The position numbers and the translations under genes were made by a program. Below the pieces are notes generated by a model. The model was not told where the DNA came from, did no database searches, and was given only the letters and a program-made list of their open reading frames with translations. A stretch of 64,000 bases of DNA from Mobula hypostoma (taxonomy: Eukaryota): NCBI RefSeq assembly GCF_963921235.1, contig NC_086118.1, positions 22,940,001 to 23,004,000 of the forward strand. Reading direction: 5' to 3'. Shown one piece after another: positions 12,331 to 26,374 of this stretch (positions within the stretch are counted from its first letter, which is position 1; each line of letters opens with the position of its first letter).

Positions 12331-13040
12331 ATTACAGTAAAATGTCACAGTGAATTTTTTTACATTCTCTTTATAGGACAGAGAAAAACCTAGGAGCTAC
12401 AGTGGGGAAAAAACAGTTTAGTGGTATTAAAACACCATTGTGAGTCAATTTAATGTTTATAAAATTGCGTAGAGTCAAGAACTTTAATTCTAACAATAAC
12501 AGGTAGTCAAGCTTTTTCAGATCCTGCAATGATGGGAAAGGATGGGAGAATATTTTCAGGGGGGGGGGTCGGGGTTTGGTCAGAAAAACCTGAGCAAGTT
12601 AGTGAAGAATAATACCTACAGGGAGCACGTTTCTCATGGGGTCTGCATAGACTCTCTAACCTACTTACAAACCCTCACGGCTGATTTCCAGCAAGGGCTT
12701 TTAAGAAGCAATACAGTTCATACAAATTATTAATGTGGGCAATTTGGGAAGGCTGCAATGCAGGCAAATCCTTGCTCATACTTAGCTGCTTCTATGGACT
12801 GAAAGAAAAGTAAATTTAAACTCCTGTTCCTGACTGCAGAGTTCAGGTAATATCACTAAAAAGCAAAACCATCAAGGTGTACGTGTGCATTTGAGACCCT
12901 GGGAGGTCACAAATCATGGTTCGGACAACAAGTTAGAGTTAGCCTTCATAATAGCCTGGTTTCAGGAGAAAGAGGGTGAGTAAAACCTGCACATTCAGTG
13001 CATAGCTTTGAACTGTCATTTTTCAGTCTAATGAGTTTGA

Positions 13041-14720
13041 AAGTCAAGTCAAGTTTATTGTCGTTTAACTATATACAGTAGATGGATACTGCCAAATGAG
13101 ACAATGTTTCTTTGGACCAGGGTGAAAAGCTTAGTAGTACATGTAACACCCATATAACAGACAATAACTGGGGAAAGTAAGAATTAAATCTACAAGTGAA
13201 TTACACATAAATGAACAAAGTACAGTGACTAAATTAAATATTGTAGGGTACAGTACAAATTATCCAGTGACAGCTCGAATATGATGCAACAGGGAGTTCA
13301 GAAGCCAAATGGGAAGAAGCAGTTTCCAGTCCTGGCTGTTCTTGTCTTTATGTATTGGAGTCTCTTGTCTGAGGGCAGAATATCATAGAAGACGCTGGAT
13401 GGATGGCTGGGATCCTTGGTAATACTAAGGGCCCAGTGTACACAGCACTCCTGGAAAATGTCCCTGATGGTTGGTCGGGAGACCCCTATGATCCACTCAG
13501 CTGTTCTGGCAGTCCTTTGTAGGGACTTCCAATCCGATGTTCTGCTACGCCCATACCAGATGGAGACGCAGCTTGTCAGGACGTACTCAATGGCGCTCTT
13601 GTAAGATTCAGTTAAGATTGAGGGAGGGGGGGAGCTCCAAAGTCCTCAGGAAGTAGAGGTGCTTCTGTGCGTTCTTATTCAGGGAGGTGATACTCAGGGA
13701 CCAGGTGAAGTCACCCATGGTGTAAACTCCCAGTAACATGGTGCACTTAACTCGCTCCACGGAGGAGTCATGTATGCACAAAGGGGGATAATTCATCTGC
13801 ACCTTCCTAAAGTCTGCAATCATTTCCTTGATCTTCTCCACATTCAGACTTGGGTTGTAGTTCTCACACCAGTCCACCAGCCACTCCATTTCCTCTCTGT
13901 ATTCCGACTCTTCATCATTGTTAATAAAGCCAACCACTGTTCTGTCACCTACAAACTTGAAACTGTTTGAGCTGAATCCTGTGACACAATCATGCATCAG
14001 CATTGTGAACAATAGCCGGCTGAGCATACAGTCGTGGAGAGCGCCTGTGCTCAGCATAATGGAACTAGAGATGTTGCTACCCATACGGACTGACTGTGTG
14101 GCCTTTCCGTTAAGAAGTCCAGGATCCGGTTAGAAAGAGAGGCATTGAGAACCAGCGAGGACAGTTTCCCCACCAGTTTCTGGGGTATGATGGTGTTAAG
14201 TGCTGAACTGAAGTCTATAAACAGCAGCACAGCATATGAAACCCCATTTTCCAGGTAGGACAGGACAGAGTGGAGGGCAGAGGCTATGACATCGTCAGTG
14301 GATCGATTCTTGTGATAAGCAAACTGGAAAGGATCCAGTGTAGCTGGGAGAAAGGCTCTAATGCACTCCATAACCAACTGTTCAAAGCATTTCATAATGG
14401 TTGCCACAGGACCATAGTCATTTGGGTGGGTTACTGTCGCCTTCTTTGGCACTGGAGTGATGGTTGCCACCTTGAAAACCAAGGTTTCAATAGAATATTC
14501 CAGAGGGATGATGAATTTCGTCTGCACCTCTGTCAGCTAGGCTGTATAGTCTTTCAGAACCCAATCTGATATGTGACCAGGTCTCACAGCATTATGTAGG
14601 TTGACCCTGGCCAGCATTTTCCTCACCTCAGCTTCAGCCAGATGGAATGTCTGCTCCCCGGGGGTGGGTGTGAAGGGTGCCTTCTCAGCAGCATTTTGTT
14701 TGTGTATCAAAAAGTGTCGG
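13041..14720 (-). mobile_element. Rex1/L2-like LINE, 5'-truncated with frameshifted RT
   Basis: Peptides 'PVPKK...PNDYGPVA...MKCFEQLV', 'LDPFQFAY', 'FIDFSSALNTI' and 'LNVEKIKEMIADFR'. 3' tail AAGTCAAGTCAAGTTTATT at 13041. Confidence 0.88.
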
Positions 14721-16005
14721 TGAACTTTACATGTTGAGGTATAGTTGATTTCATCTGGGGAAACTCTGGACTGGAAAAATAGAAGCCAAAGCAAATGAAA
14801 ATCCAGCCCAGATGTCAAAGCACAAAATTGATTAATTGCAAGGCTTTGTTTGTTCTTCAATATCTCCCACACCTCAAAGCTTCACCAACCAAATTAACTT
14901 CTTTCAACCCTTTTAACTAATAACGATCAATGATAAATTTTAAAATATTTCAGCCTTGATGCCTTCAATAAGGTAATCAGTGTTGACTTGAAAGTGTATG
15001 GTTTAGAGAACTATGAATTCTGAATGCAGAATGCTCCCATTCTGTCCTAAAGAGGGGAATGGTAATGAACGAATAACTAGCATTCTCTAGAAAAGCATTT
15101 CCTTCATGTGAAACACTTCCAGAAGTTTTTTTGATACCTGACAAGATACCACCTAAATGTAAGTCCTTCTCATTACTCTTATCCGTTTGCTGGAATCAGC
15201 TGTTCTTTTCATTTATTTTGCTCTCCCAATCAAACTATTGGTAACTTATAACTATGGCACCATTCTAACAAAATTTGCATGAAAAACAAAGCTTATGCAA
15301 GTCAATTTTAGCAAATTGACCCCCTTTTACCAGTTAATTTCTTTCTATTTTTTGTAGCTTTGAACGATACTCAAACAGCAAAAGCTTAAGGTCATGCTGG
15401 GAGGTTCTGCAGGATCCCAATGATATGGTGAATGGGGCTGATTAATGAGGCAAAATCTTTTGATTCTGTAAAGTGGCCAGCTGATTTAGCATTCGTTGTA
15501 CATGGTCTGATGGATATCAACAATTTTGATCAAATGAAAAGCTTGATGAAGAATAATGGCCAAAACATACAAAGCAAAATCTGGGACCTGGGAATGGCAG
15601 TCACACACTGTCTCATTTCAAGTGAAGATTGAATTTACATTTGGATACTGAGACCTAAGCAAAGATGGAGGAGGTATGATCTATGAGTCAAACTTAGAAT
15701 CTGGATGCCTGAGACGGTGGAAAGTAAAGGCCTTATATTTAAAGGGTAATGAAAAGTGCATAGATGGATGGAGATGCATGAAACGAACATTTAAGTAACA
15801 GTAAACTGAGGGCTTGAATGTCATCACAAATTAGGCATGGAAATGCCTCTACTTTCTTAGAGGTTTTCTCGGAAGGACAGAAAATGTCCGAGAACAGAAA
15901 AGGCTACAGAAAGTGGTGAACACAGTCCGGTACAACACAAACAAAGCCCTCCCCTACCATTGAGTTCATTTACATGGAGCATTACCACAGGAAATCAGCA
16001 ATCCA

Positions 16006-16955
16006 GCTTCAGATTGATTTATTTGTCTCACATACATCAAAACATATAATGAAATGCATTGTTTGTGTTAACAACCAACCGAAACCTATGGATGATCTGG
16101 GGGCAGCCCACAGGAGTCGCCACACGTTCCAGTGTCGACACTGCATGCCCACCATGCTTGACAGAACAACACTGAGCACATCAAAACAGAACACAGCAAG
16201 CAACAAAACAACAGCATATATTCCATCTGGGTAGCCTCCAACCTGATGGCATGAACATTGACTTCTCTAACTTCCGCTAATGCCCCACCTCCCCTTTGTA
16301 TCCCATCCATTATTTATTTATATACACACATTTTTTTCTCTCTCTCTCCTTTTTCTCCCTCTGCCCCCCTCACTATACCCCTTGCCCATCCTCTGGGTTT
16401 TTCCCCCCACTCCCCGTTTTCCTTCTCCCTAGGCCTCCTGTCCCATGATCCTCTCATATCCCTTTTGCCAATCACCTGTCCAGCTCTTGGCTCCATCTCT
16501 CCCCCTCCTGTCTTCTCCTATCGTTTTGGATATCCCCCTCCCCTCCCCCTCCCATTTTCAAATCTCTTACTAGCTCTTCCTTCAGTTAGTCCTGACAAAG
16601 GGTCTCAGCCTGAAACGTCGACTGTCCCTCTTCCTAGAGATGCTGCCTGGCCTGCTGCATTCACCAGCAACTTTGATGTGAACAGCCAAACAAGCCTCTT
16701 TCCTCCCTCCCACCCACTCAGACACATGGATAGCTCTCCAAACCCAAGGCAGGTCTCCGGGCCTCCATTCTCCAGTTTTCTGCTATCAGGTTTCAACTTC
16801 TAATTGATATTTTGGCGTCAACCCTCGGACTAGCCAATGATAGGACCCTGAACTTCAAGCCTCATACTCCGGGCTCGCTGACTCACCGTCCTTGTGCTTC
16901 TTGATCAGTCAGTCACCTGATCCCAGGACTCACCGCCCTGGATCAGCCCAACATC
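16006..16955 (-). mobile_element. SINE-like family Y, interrupted by a Penelope fragment
   Basis: Start TTCAGATT(G)ATTTATT...ACATCAA...GGGGCAGCCC is shared with 26462-26740. The sequence resumes after 16680 (AACAAGCC...TCCCTCCCAC). Confidence 0.6.
16207..16680 (+). mobile_element. Penelope-like element 3' fragment
   Basis: Encodes 'FHLGSLQPDGMNIDFSNFR*', then a pyrimidine-rich UTR and a terminal repeat near-identical to the reverse complement of 41830-42260. Confidence 0.85.
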
Positions 16956-17302
16956 CACAAATGTCCTTCTCTCGCTGCTGCTATCAGGTAGGAGGCACAG
17001 AAGCCTTAGGTCCCACACCTCCAAGTTCAGGAACAGTTATTACAAACATCAGGCTCCTGAGCTGGCATTAATAACTTCATTCACCACCACACTAAACTGA
17101 TTCTATAACTTAAACACTCACTTCCAAAGACTCTATACAACTCGTTCTCAGTAATTTTTTTTTTGCAGATTGCCTTCTTTTGCACTTTAGTGTTTGTCAT
17201 TCTTCATCCGTTCATGTAGAGTTTTTCATAGAATTCTGTTGTTTTTCATTTTGTTTGCCATTACCCACAAGAAAATTAATTTCAAGGTAGTATATAGTAG
17301 GA

Positions 17303-20300
17303 TATAGAAATATAGAAACATAGAAAACCTACAGCACAATACAGGCCCTTCGGCGCATAAAGCTGTGCTGAACATGTCCTTACCTTAGAAATTACCTAGG
17401 GTTACCCATGGCCCTCTATTTTTCTAAGCTGCATGTACCTGTCCAGGAGTCTCTTAAAAGACTCTATCATATCCACCTCCACCATCATCGCCAGCAGCCC
17501 CTTCCACGCACTCACCACTCTCTGCATAAAAAACTTACCCCTGACGTCTCCTCTGTACCTACTTCCAAGCACCTGTAAACTGTGCCCTCTCGTGCTAGCT
17601 ATTTCAGCCCTGGGTAAAAGCCTCTGACGATCAATGCCTTTCATCATCTTATACACCTCTATCAAGTCACCTCTCATCCTCCGTCGCTCCAAGGAGAAAA
17701 GGCCAAGTTCTCTCAACCGATTCTTATAAGGCATGTTCCCCAATTCAGTCAACATCCTTGTAAATCTCCTCTGCACCCTTTCTATGGTTCCCACATCCTT
17801 CCTGTAGTGAGGCGACCAGAACTGAGCACAGTACTCCAAGTGGGGTCTGACCAGGGTCCTATGTAGCTGCAACGTTACTTCTCAGCTCATAAACTCAATC
17901 TCACGATTGATGAAGGCCAATGCACTGAATGCCTTCTTAACCACAGAGTTAACCTGTGTAGCAGCTTTGAGTGTCCTATGTACTCAGACCCCAAGATCCA
18001 TCTGATCCTGCACACTGCCAAGAGTCTTACCATTAATACTATATTCTGCCATTATATTTGACCTAACAAAATGAACCACCTCACATTTAACTGCCACCAT
18101 CTGCCACCATCTGCCACTTCTCAGCCCAGTTTTGCACCCTATCAATGTTCCACTGTAACTTCTGACAGCCCTCCACACTATCCACAACACCACCAACCTT
18201 TGTGTCATCAGCAAATTTACTAACCCATCCTTCCACTTCCTCATCCAGGTCATTTATAAAAATCACGAAGAGTAGGGATCGCAGAACAGATCCCTGAGGC
18301 ACACCACTGGTCACCGGCCTCCATGCAGAATATGACCCTTCACAACTACTATTTGCCTTCTGTGGGCAAGCCAGTTCTGGATCCACAAAACAATGTCTCC
18401 TTGGATCCCATGCCTCCTTACTTTCTCAAAAAGCCTTGCATGGGGTACCTTGTCAAATGCCTTGCTGAAATCCATATACACTATATCTTTTGCTCTACCT
18501 TCATCAATGCGTTTAGTCATATCCTCAAAAAATTCATTGAGGCTCGTAAGTCACAACTTGCCTTTCACAAAGCCATTTTGTCTATTCCTAATCTATGCTG
18601 ACTATTCCTCTCCAAATGTTCATGAATCCTGCCTCTCAGGATCTTCTCCATCAACTTACCAACAACTGAAGTAAGACTCACTGGTCTATCATTTCCTGGG
18701 CTATCTCTTCTCCCCTTCTTGAATAATGGATCAACATCCACAACCCTCCAATCCATCGGAACCTCTCCCATCCCCATTGATAATGCAAAGATCATTGACA
18801 GAGGCTCAGCAATCTCCTTCCTTGCATCCCACAGTACCCTGGGGTATATCTAGTCCGGTCCCAGTGACTTATCCAACTTGATGCTTTTCAAAAGCTCCAG
18901 CACATCCTCTTCCTTAATATCTACATGCTCAAGCTTTTCAGTCCACTGTAGGTCATCCCTACAATTGCCAAGATCCTTTTCCATAGTGAATACTGAAGCA
19001 AAGTATTCATTAAGTACCTCTGCTATCCCCTCCGGTTCCATACACACTTTCCACTGTTACACTTGATTGGTCCTATTCTCTTACGTCTTATCCTCTTGCT
19101 CTTCACATACTTGTAGAATGGCTTGGGGTTTTCCTTAATCATGTCCACCAAGGCCTTCTCATAACCCCTTCTGGCTCTCCTAATTTCATTCTTAAGCTCC
19201 TTCTTTCTAGCCTTATAATCTTCTAGATCCCTATCATTACCTAGTTTTTTGAACCTTTCGTAAGCTCTTCTTTTCTTCTTGACTAGATTTACAACAAGCT
19301 TTGTACATCATGGTTCCTGTACCCTACCATCCTTTCCCTGTCTCATTGGAATGAACCTATGCAGAAACCCACGCAAGTATCCCCTGAACATTTGGCACAT
19401 TTCTTCCACACATTTCCCTTAGAACATGTTTCCAATTTATGCTCCAAGATCCTACCTGACAGCCTGATATTTCCCCTTACTCCAATTAAGCATTTTCCTA
19501 ACTTGTCTGTTCCTATCCCACTCCAATGCTATGGTAGATAGAATTGTGATCACTATCTCCAAAATGCTCTCTCACTGAGAGATCTGACAACTGACTAGGT
19601 TCATTTCCCAATACCAAATCAAGTACAGCCTCTCCTCTTGTAGGCTTATCTGCATATTGTGTCAAGAAACTTTCCTGAACGCACCTAACAAACTCCACCC
19701 CATCCAAACCCCTCACTCTAGGGAGATGCATTATTTAGGAAATTAAAATCTCCCACCAAACAACCCTGTTATTATTACACCTTTCCCTAATCTGTCTCCC
19801 TATCTGCTCCTCAATGTCTCTGTTAACATTGGGTGGTCTATAAAAAACATCCAGTAGAGTTAGGACCCTTTCCTGTTCCTAACTTCCACCCACAGAGACT
19901 CCGTAGACAATCCCTCCATGGCTTCCTCCTTTTCTACAGCCGTGACACTATTTCTGATCAGCAGTGCCGCGCCCCCACCTCTTTTGCCTCCCTCCCTGTC
20001 CTTTCTGAAACAGCTAAAGCCTGGGACTTGAAGTAACCATTCCTGCCCCTGAGCCATCCAAGTCTCTGTAATGGCCACAACATCATAGCTCCAAGTACTG
20101 ATCCATGCTCTAAGCTAATCCGCTTTGTTCATAATACTCCTTGCATTAAAATAGACTCATCTCAAACCATCAGTCTGAGCGCGTCCCTTCTCTATCAACT
20201 GTCTATCTTCCCTCTTGCACTGTCTCCAAGCTTTTTGTATTTATGAGCCAACCGCCTCCTCCTCCATCACTTCAGTTTGGTTCCCACCTCCCCAGCATTT

Positions 20301-21452
20301 GTAGTTTAAACTCTCACCAATAGCCTTCGCAAACCTCCCCGCCAGGATATTGGTCCCCCTGGGATTCAAGTGTAACCCATCCATTTTGTACAGGTCACAC
20401 CTGCCCCAAAAGAGGTTTCAATGATCCAGAAATCCAAATCGCGGCCCCCTGCTCCAATCCCTCAGCCACACATTTATCCTCCACCTCACTCTATTCCTAT
20501 ACTTACTGTTGTGTGGCACAGGCAGTAATCGTGAGATTACTACCTTTGAGGTCCTGCTTCTCAACTTCCTTCCTAATTCACTGTAGTCTGCTTTCAGGTC
20601 CTCCTACCTACATCATTGGTACCAATATGTACCACAACCTCTGGCTGTTCTCCTTCCCACTTCAGGATATCATGGACGCAATCAGAAACATGCCGGACCC
20701 TGGTAACTGGGAGGCAAACTACCATCCGTGTTTCTTTGCTGCGTCCACAGAATCACCTGTCTGACCTCCTAACTATGGAGTCCCCCATCACTACTGCCAT
20801 CCTCTTCCTTTCTCTATCCTTCTGAGACACAGGGCCAGACTCTGTACCAGAAGCGCAGCCACTGTAGCTTCCCCCAGGTAGACTGTCTCCCCCAACAGTA
20901 CTCAAACAGGAGTACTTATTGTTAAGGGGGACAGCCACAGGTGTATTTTCTAGTATCTGCCTCTTGAACTTCCCTCTCCTGACTGTTATCCACTTATCTG
21001 TCTCCCCAAGCTTCAGTGTGACTACCTGCCTACAGCTCCTCTCTATCACCTCCTCTCTATCACCTCCTCACTCTCCCTGACCAGACGAAGATCATCGAGC
21101 TGCATCTCCAGTTCCCTAAAGCGGTCCTTAAAGAGCTGTAGCTTGACGCACCTGGTGCAGATGTGGCCGTCTGGTCTGTATTCTACACAGACAACCTACC
21201 TCGCCTAGACCCCTTATCGCCTAAGCCCCATTGAGCCAAAGCCTTCCTGCTCTGTCTCCCTCTACTCCGTTGCCTGCTTCTCCAATACCCACTCTATAAA
21301 ATTGTCTCCTTTTAAACTCTTCTCGCTGTTCTACCTGGCTGACGTCCACGTGCTTGTGCAATCGTGCCCTGATCAAACCGCTGAAGAAATAACCATCTCC
21401 TTTTAAACGCTTGTCACTTTTAAACTCTTTTCGCTGTTCTCACTGGCTGATG
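17303..21452 (-). mobile_element. Near full-length CR1 LINE (ORF1 esterase; ORF2 APE + RT), degraded
   Basis: ORF1 'MAVVMGDSIVR' (SGNH/GDSL block I). ORF2 'AITETW', 'PTRGEAVLDLVL', 'YMDFSKAFDKVPH', 'GVPQGSVL', 'KFADDTK', 'LVRPHLEYC'. 3' (TAGAAACA)n tail at 17303-17327. Confidence 0.95.
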
Positions 21453-21649
21453 TGATGTACTTTATAATAAATTTGCTTTGAACATTGAAGCTTGAGATCG
21501 GAAAAGTTCACCGCTCTGATGAGAAAGAAGATAGAGCTCTTTTGATACTGACTGCATGGATTTTCTGAAAGGTCCTTGATGGAAAGTAATGAATATCACG
21601 TTGCCTAAAACTCTATTTATTCTAAATAAGGTTTAGAAATATAGAAAAT

Positions 21650-22200
21650 ACGAGCTGAAATAACACACGAAGTACTGAAGGCCAGGCGGCATATATGAAG
21701 GGGAATAAACAATCAATGTTTCTGGCCAGGACCCTTAATTAGAATAGGAAAATAAGGGGTAAGAAGCCAGAAAAAGAAGATGGTGGGAGAGGAAGGAGCA
21801 CAAGCTGGCAGGTAATAGGTGAAGCCAGGTTTGGGTACCCTCAAACCCGACAGCTTGAACATTGATTTCTCTAAGTTCCGGCGAATTCTTCACCCTCTAT
21901 CTTCTCTTTATTTCCATTCCTCATTCTGCCTTCCCTCTTAGATCTTCCCTTCTCTTCACCTGCCCATCACCTCCCTTTGGTGCCCCCCTTCCATTTCTCC
22001 CATGGTCCACTCCCCTCTCCTGCCAGATTTCTTCTTCTTCAGTCCTTTATCTTTTCCACCTATCATCTCTCCTCCCCCACCCCCAGCCACCTACCTACCT
22101 ACCCCCTCACCTGGTCTCACCCATCACCTGCCATTCCGCTGAATTCCTCCAGTGAGTTGTACTTTTTGCTCTGGTATCCAGCACCTGACGTCTTCCATGT
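21650..22200. mobile_element. Penelope-like remnant with inverted halves
   Basis: A minus-strand terminal repeat (21650-21830) abuts a plus-strand GIY-YIG C-terminus ('LNIDFSKFR') and pyrimidine-rich UTR. Confidence 0.65.
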
Positions 22201-24584
22201 CTCCAAGCAGGAAGAATATATTAATTTTTTATCCAAAATTTACTAAAAAAACTTTTTTGAGCCATTTGTTTCAGATGCAAAGTAGTGGAATTAGCAATAG
22301 AGGCACATGTTGTCACTGCACTAGGCAAGGCATATTCACTCTTCACTGGCCTATGGAACTGCTGAGGCAGTTAAAGACTAATGTCAGGTCACGGTTGACG
22401 TCCAGTGGAATCTGATGAGCTGGTGTTGTTTAACACAATGGTAAACACATGTGTCAGTTAAGTCCAGGTGGCCAGATAATGAAGAGCTTCGAGACAAGTC
22501 AGGGGTGATGAAAACCAGAAATCCACTTAACCAGCTGACATTCTTTACAGCACAAGATCAATAATGCAAACCAAAGCAGCAGAGTGAGTGGAGCTATGGA
22601 TCTTTGGGATAGAGTTTGTTGGAGGGGAAGAGAGCACAATAAATAGTTGTGTGTTCCAGCACTAAATATAAATGTCATCTCCTTTTAAGTTACTCTGAGA
22701 TGTGCATTAACATTATGGTTAATTAAACATAGAAAGGGTAGATGATGCTTTGCTTTTCCATTAGAGGCCGACGTTCCACTGAGCCTTTCGCACTGGCCAC
22801 ATGTATTCTTCATGGAGAGGACTATGTTCGTATTGGCCCTCTGGAATGAGTTAGCTTACTGATTTGCAACTGAAATCATATTAACTCTAATCAACCTATC
22901 ACATTACCATGAAGCACTTTGGATTTTTCTGTTGAAACTCATGGATATTTAATTTTTTCATTTGTGTATTTATGGAGTAATTCACATTCAGTGAATTTTT
23001 TTCCCCAGTTAGTTTCTGAACTTCCTCCAAAGTAATGGGAACATTTGCTCGGCAAGGTCATTACTTCTTAATGGTTGCAGCACGTTTAATGGTTACAAAC
23101 AGATGTGTGTTTGGACTGAATACAGGCCGGGTGGGTAGTTTCAAACATTTGAACTCACCTTCTTATTATTTATTGATGAGGCAGCGATGTAAAGTGCTCC
23201 ATGAAAAATGAAAATAGCTGAAATGTTATTGAAGGTCAAATGAGCAATGAGAATTATTGAAAATAATCAAAACCTGGAAGGCCTAATTAGTGCTTCAGCA
23301 CTGTTAAGTTGATCTTCAGTTCAGACTAAATGTAGCCAAGCTGACACTGGAATCCATCACTGAAAATTGCTGCTCACCATTTTTGTCACATTCCACCCCT
23401 TAATTTGAGCTTCTGCCATTCAACAGTGACAAATCAACTTGCAGCTGCAGAAATGATGCGATATGATTTACCACTCGCAAAAATGATTGGTATGGAATAA
23501 TTATGATGGTGTCCCCAGAAGTGAGGCCAGCAGAGAAAATGTTTGGCATTGGAGACGTGTGCTTCTGCTGTGATTGCTGTGGGCTGCGATCGTGTTCAAC
23601 ATTCCAGTGTCTGTACAGTGCTGGTGTGACAATAGTTTTACATTTACATCTGTTACAGTGCTGGATATTGCTAGGCCTTAATAATTTGTGGCGTTTGTCT
23701 TTAGACAATCAAACCACTCAAAATATATTTTATTCCTCTGTCATCTGCTCTGTATCCATTTCAGCCTCATGATCATCAAGTGGAATATACATATTCAAGG
23801 ATATGTATGAAGGATTTTCTTTTTGGGAGAAACTCACATAAGAAAACCTATTCTCATGGATCTGCGCATTTTCCCTGTCCTGCCACCTGGTACAAAGCCG
23901 CATGGAAAATTTACACATGCAGTGGTAGTTCATGGTCGTTTCAACTGCTTGTTCATTACCACAGATAAAGTAATTAGGTCTTATTTATTCTAAAGAATAG
24001 AACATGAGAAAAGGATATTTCTGGTGCAACTGTCATAGTTGCAGTTAACTACATATTCATACTCATTATCAGAACGCAACGTTCAGCATGGATAATGCTT
24101 GTACTGTACCTACTACTATAAATATAGACATTTAAAAGCCTCCTACTGTGTCTGTGTTGTCACCCTTTGAGTAATAACACAGTTAGATCAAGAATTATGA
24201 CATGTTAATGTCTCTAGAGAAAGAAAGAATTTATAATTTGTTAATGTCACCAAAAATATATATATTCCCAGTTCTTAACCTTAATTGCAAAAAAAAATAG
24301 GAGAAGAAGTAGGACCCTCTCACCCTACTCTGACCCTCAGTAGAATTATAGATGATTATTTCTTATCCCAGATTCACATCATATCCAAGTTCTCTTTCTT
24401 GAAGTCTTCCTTGAAGTCTTCTATGTCTGAAATTAATCTACTTATTTCAGATAAAGATGTTCCTTATCTCATTCTTAACTCTCTTGCTCACTAATCTTAG
24501 TCATGCTCTTACATTGAATAGCTCCTTGGCTAAGTCAATTATTAGTCAAACACCACGATGCACCTGGAGTTACCTATAGACCAG

Positions 24585-24750
24585 GTGAGGTAAGAGTATC
24601 AGATTTCCTTCCCTGCTATGATATTATTGAAAGTAGTGGGATTTCATAATTGATTGTCTTCACAATTACCATTAGCTTTTAATTCCAGACACTTAACCTA
24701 TTTTTACAAAATTTCCATGTAGAACTTGAATTCAGCCCCATACATCATGG
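24585..24750 (-). mobile_element. Old SINE remnant
   Basis: 'GGTAAG...CAGATTTCCTTCCCT...CATTAGCTTTTAATTCCAGA...GAACTTGAA' resembles a common shark SINE in reverse orientation (recalled, unverified). Confidence 0.4.
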
Positions 24751-24774
24751 GAAAATATTTCTCCCCACTATCAG

Positions 24775-26370
24775 TCATAAGACCATTAGAGCATATGACA
24801 TAGGAGGAGAATAAGGCTATTTGGCCCATCAAGTCTGCTCTGCCATTCCATCATGGCTGATTTATTATCCTTCTTAACCCCATTCTCCTACCTTTTCCCC
24901 ATAAGCATTGATGCCCTGATTAGTCAAGAACCTATCAACCTCCACCTTAAATAGACCCACTGACTTGGCCTGCACAGTCGTCTGTAGCAATGAATTCCAC
25001 AGATTCACCACCCTCTGGCTAAAGAAATTTTTCATCTCTGTTCTAATAGACTCAACATCTTTCCAGCCACTAAGGTCAGACTGAGTGGCCTATAATTTCC
25101 TTTTTTCTGCCTCCCTCCCTTCTTGAAGAGTGGAGTGACATTTTCAATTTTTCATTTCTCTGGAACCATTCTAGAACTTGTGATTCTGGAAAGATCATTA
25201 CGAATGCCTTCAAAATCTTTTCAGCTACCTCTTTCAGAACCCTGGGATGTAGCCCATCTGGTCCAGGTGACTTATCTACCTTCAGACTTTTCATCTTCCC
25301 AAGCTCCTTCTCCTTAGCAACAGCATCATTATCACTTCTGCCTCCTGACACTCTTGAATTTCAGGCATTCCACTGGTGACTTCTACAGTGAAGACCAGAT
25401 TCAAAATACTTATTAAGTTTGTTTGCCATTTCTTTGTCCCCAATTACTACCTTTCCAGCATCATTTTCTAGTGGTCTGATATCCACTCTGGTCTCTCTTT
25501 TACTCTTTGTTAACGGTATCATTTTGTATCCTCTTTTATATTATTGGCTAGCTTAACTTCATATTTCATCTTTCTCTCTTTATGGCTTTTTAGTTGCCTT
25601 ATGTAGGCCTTTAAAGGCTTCCCAATCCTTTAATTTCCCACTAATTTTTGTTATATTATATATCCTCTTTTTTGCTTTGTTTTTGACTTCTCTTATCAGT
25701 CATGGTTGCCTCATCCCCCTTTAGAATATTTTTTTTCATCTTTGGGATGTATCTATCCTGCGTCTTCTCAATTGCTCCCAGAAATTCCAGCCATTGCTGT
25801 TCTGCTATCATCCCTGCTAGTGTCCCCTTTCAATCAACTTTGGCCAGCTCCTCTCTCATGCCTCTGTAATTCCATTTACTCTACTGAAATACTAATACAG
25901 CTGACTTCATCTTCTCCCTCTCAATCTGTAGTGTGAAGTTTATTGTACTGTATTATGATCACTGCCTTCTAAGTTTTTCTTTTACCTAATAAACCTAATC
26001 AAATCTAGGTCATTACATAACACTCATTCCAGAACTGCCATTCCTCTACTGAGTTTAACCACAAGGTGCTCTAAATACGATCTCATAGACATTCTACAAA
26101 TTCTCTCTCTTGGAATCCAGCACCAACTTGATTTTCCCAATCTACCTGCATATTGAAATCCCCCGTGACGATCACAACATTGCTCTTTTAGCATTCCTTT
26201 TCTATTTCCTGTTGTAGTGTGTAGCCCACATCCTGGCTGCTGTTTGGATGCCTGCATATCACTCCCATTAGGGCCTTCTTACGCTTGCACTTTCTTAACT
26301 CCGTGCACAATGATCCTACATCTTCCAATCTTATGTCTCCTCTTTCAAAGGATTTGATTTTGTTTTTTAT
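24775..26370 (-). mobile_element. CR1 LINE fragment with large internal deletion
   Basis: The 3' UTR (24775-25050) is joined directly to 'KVDKSPGPDGLHPRVLKEVA', with APE-region remnants upstream. The RT core is missing. Confidence 0.8.
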
Positions 26371-26374
26371 AAGA

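Larger units (their letters stand above)
15870..17300 (+). mobile_element. L2/Rex-like LINE 3' region, interrupted by later insertions (last piece at 21455-21490)
   Basis: 'RLQKVVNT' coding remnant, then CCTTCTCTCGCTGCTGCTATCAGGTAGGAGG...AGGAACAGTTATT after the insertions. The family's 3' tail is split between 17281-17300 and 21455-21490; the same tail occurs at 30-105. Confidence 0.6.

Noticed and set aside
22755-22848. Possible pre-miRNA-like hairpin
   Set aside because: Only the base pairs well; the inner arms need too many bulges.
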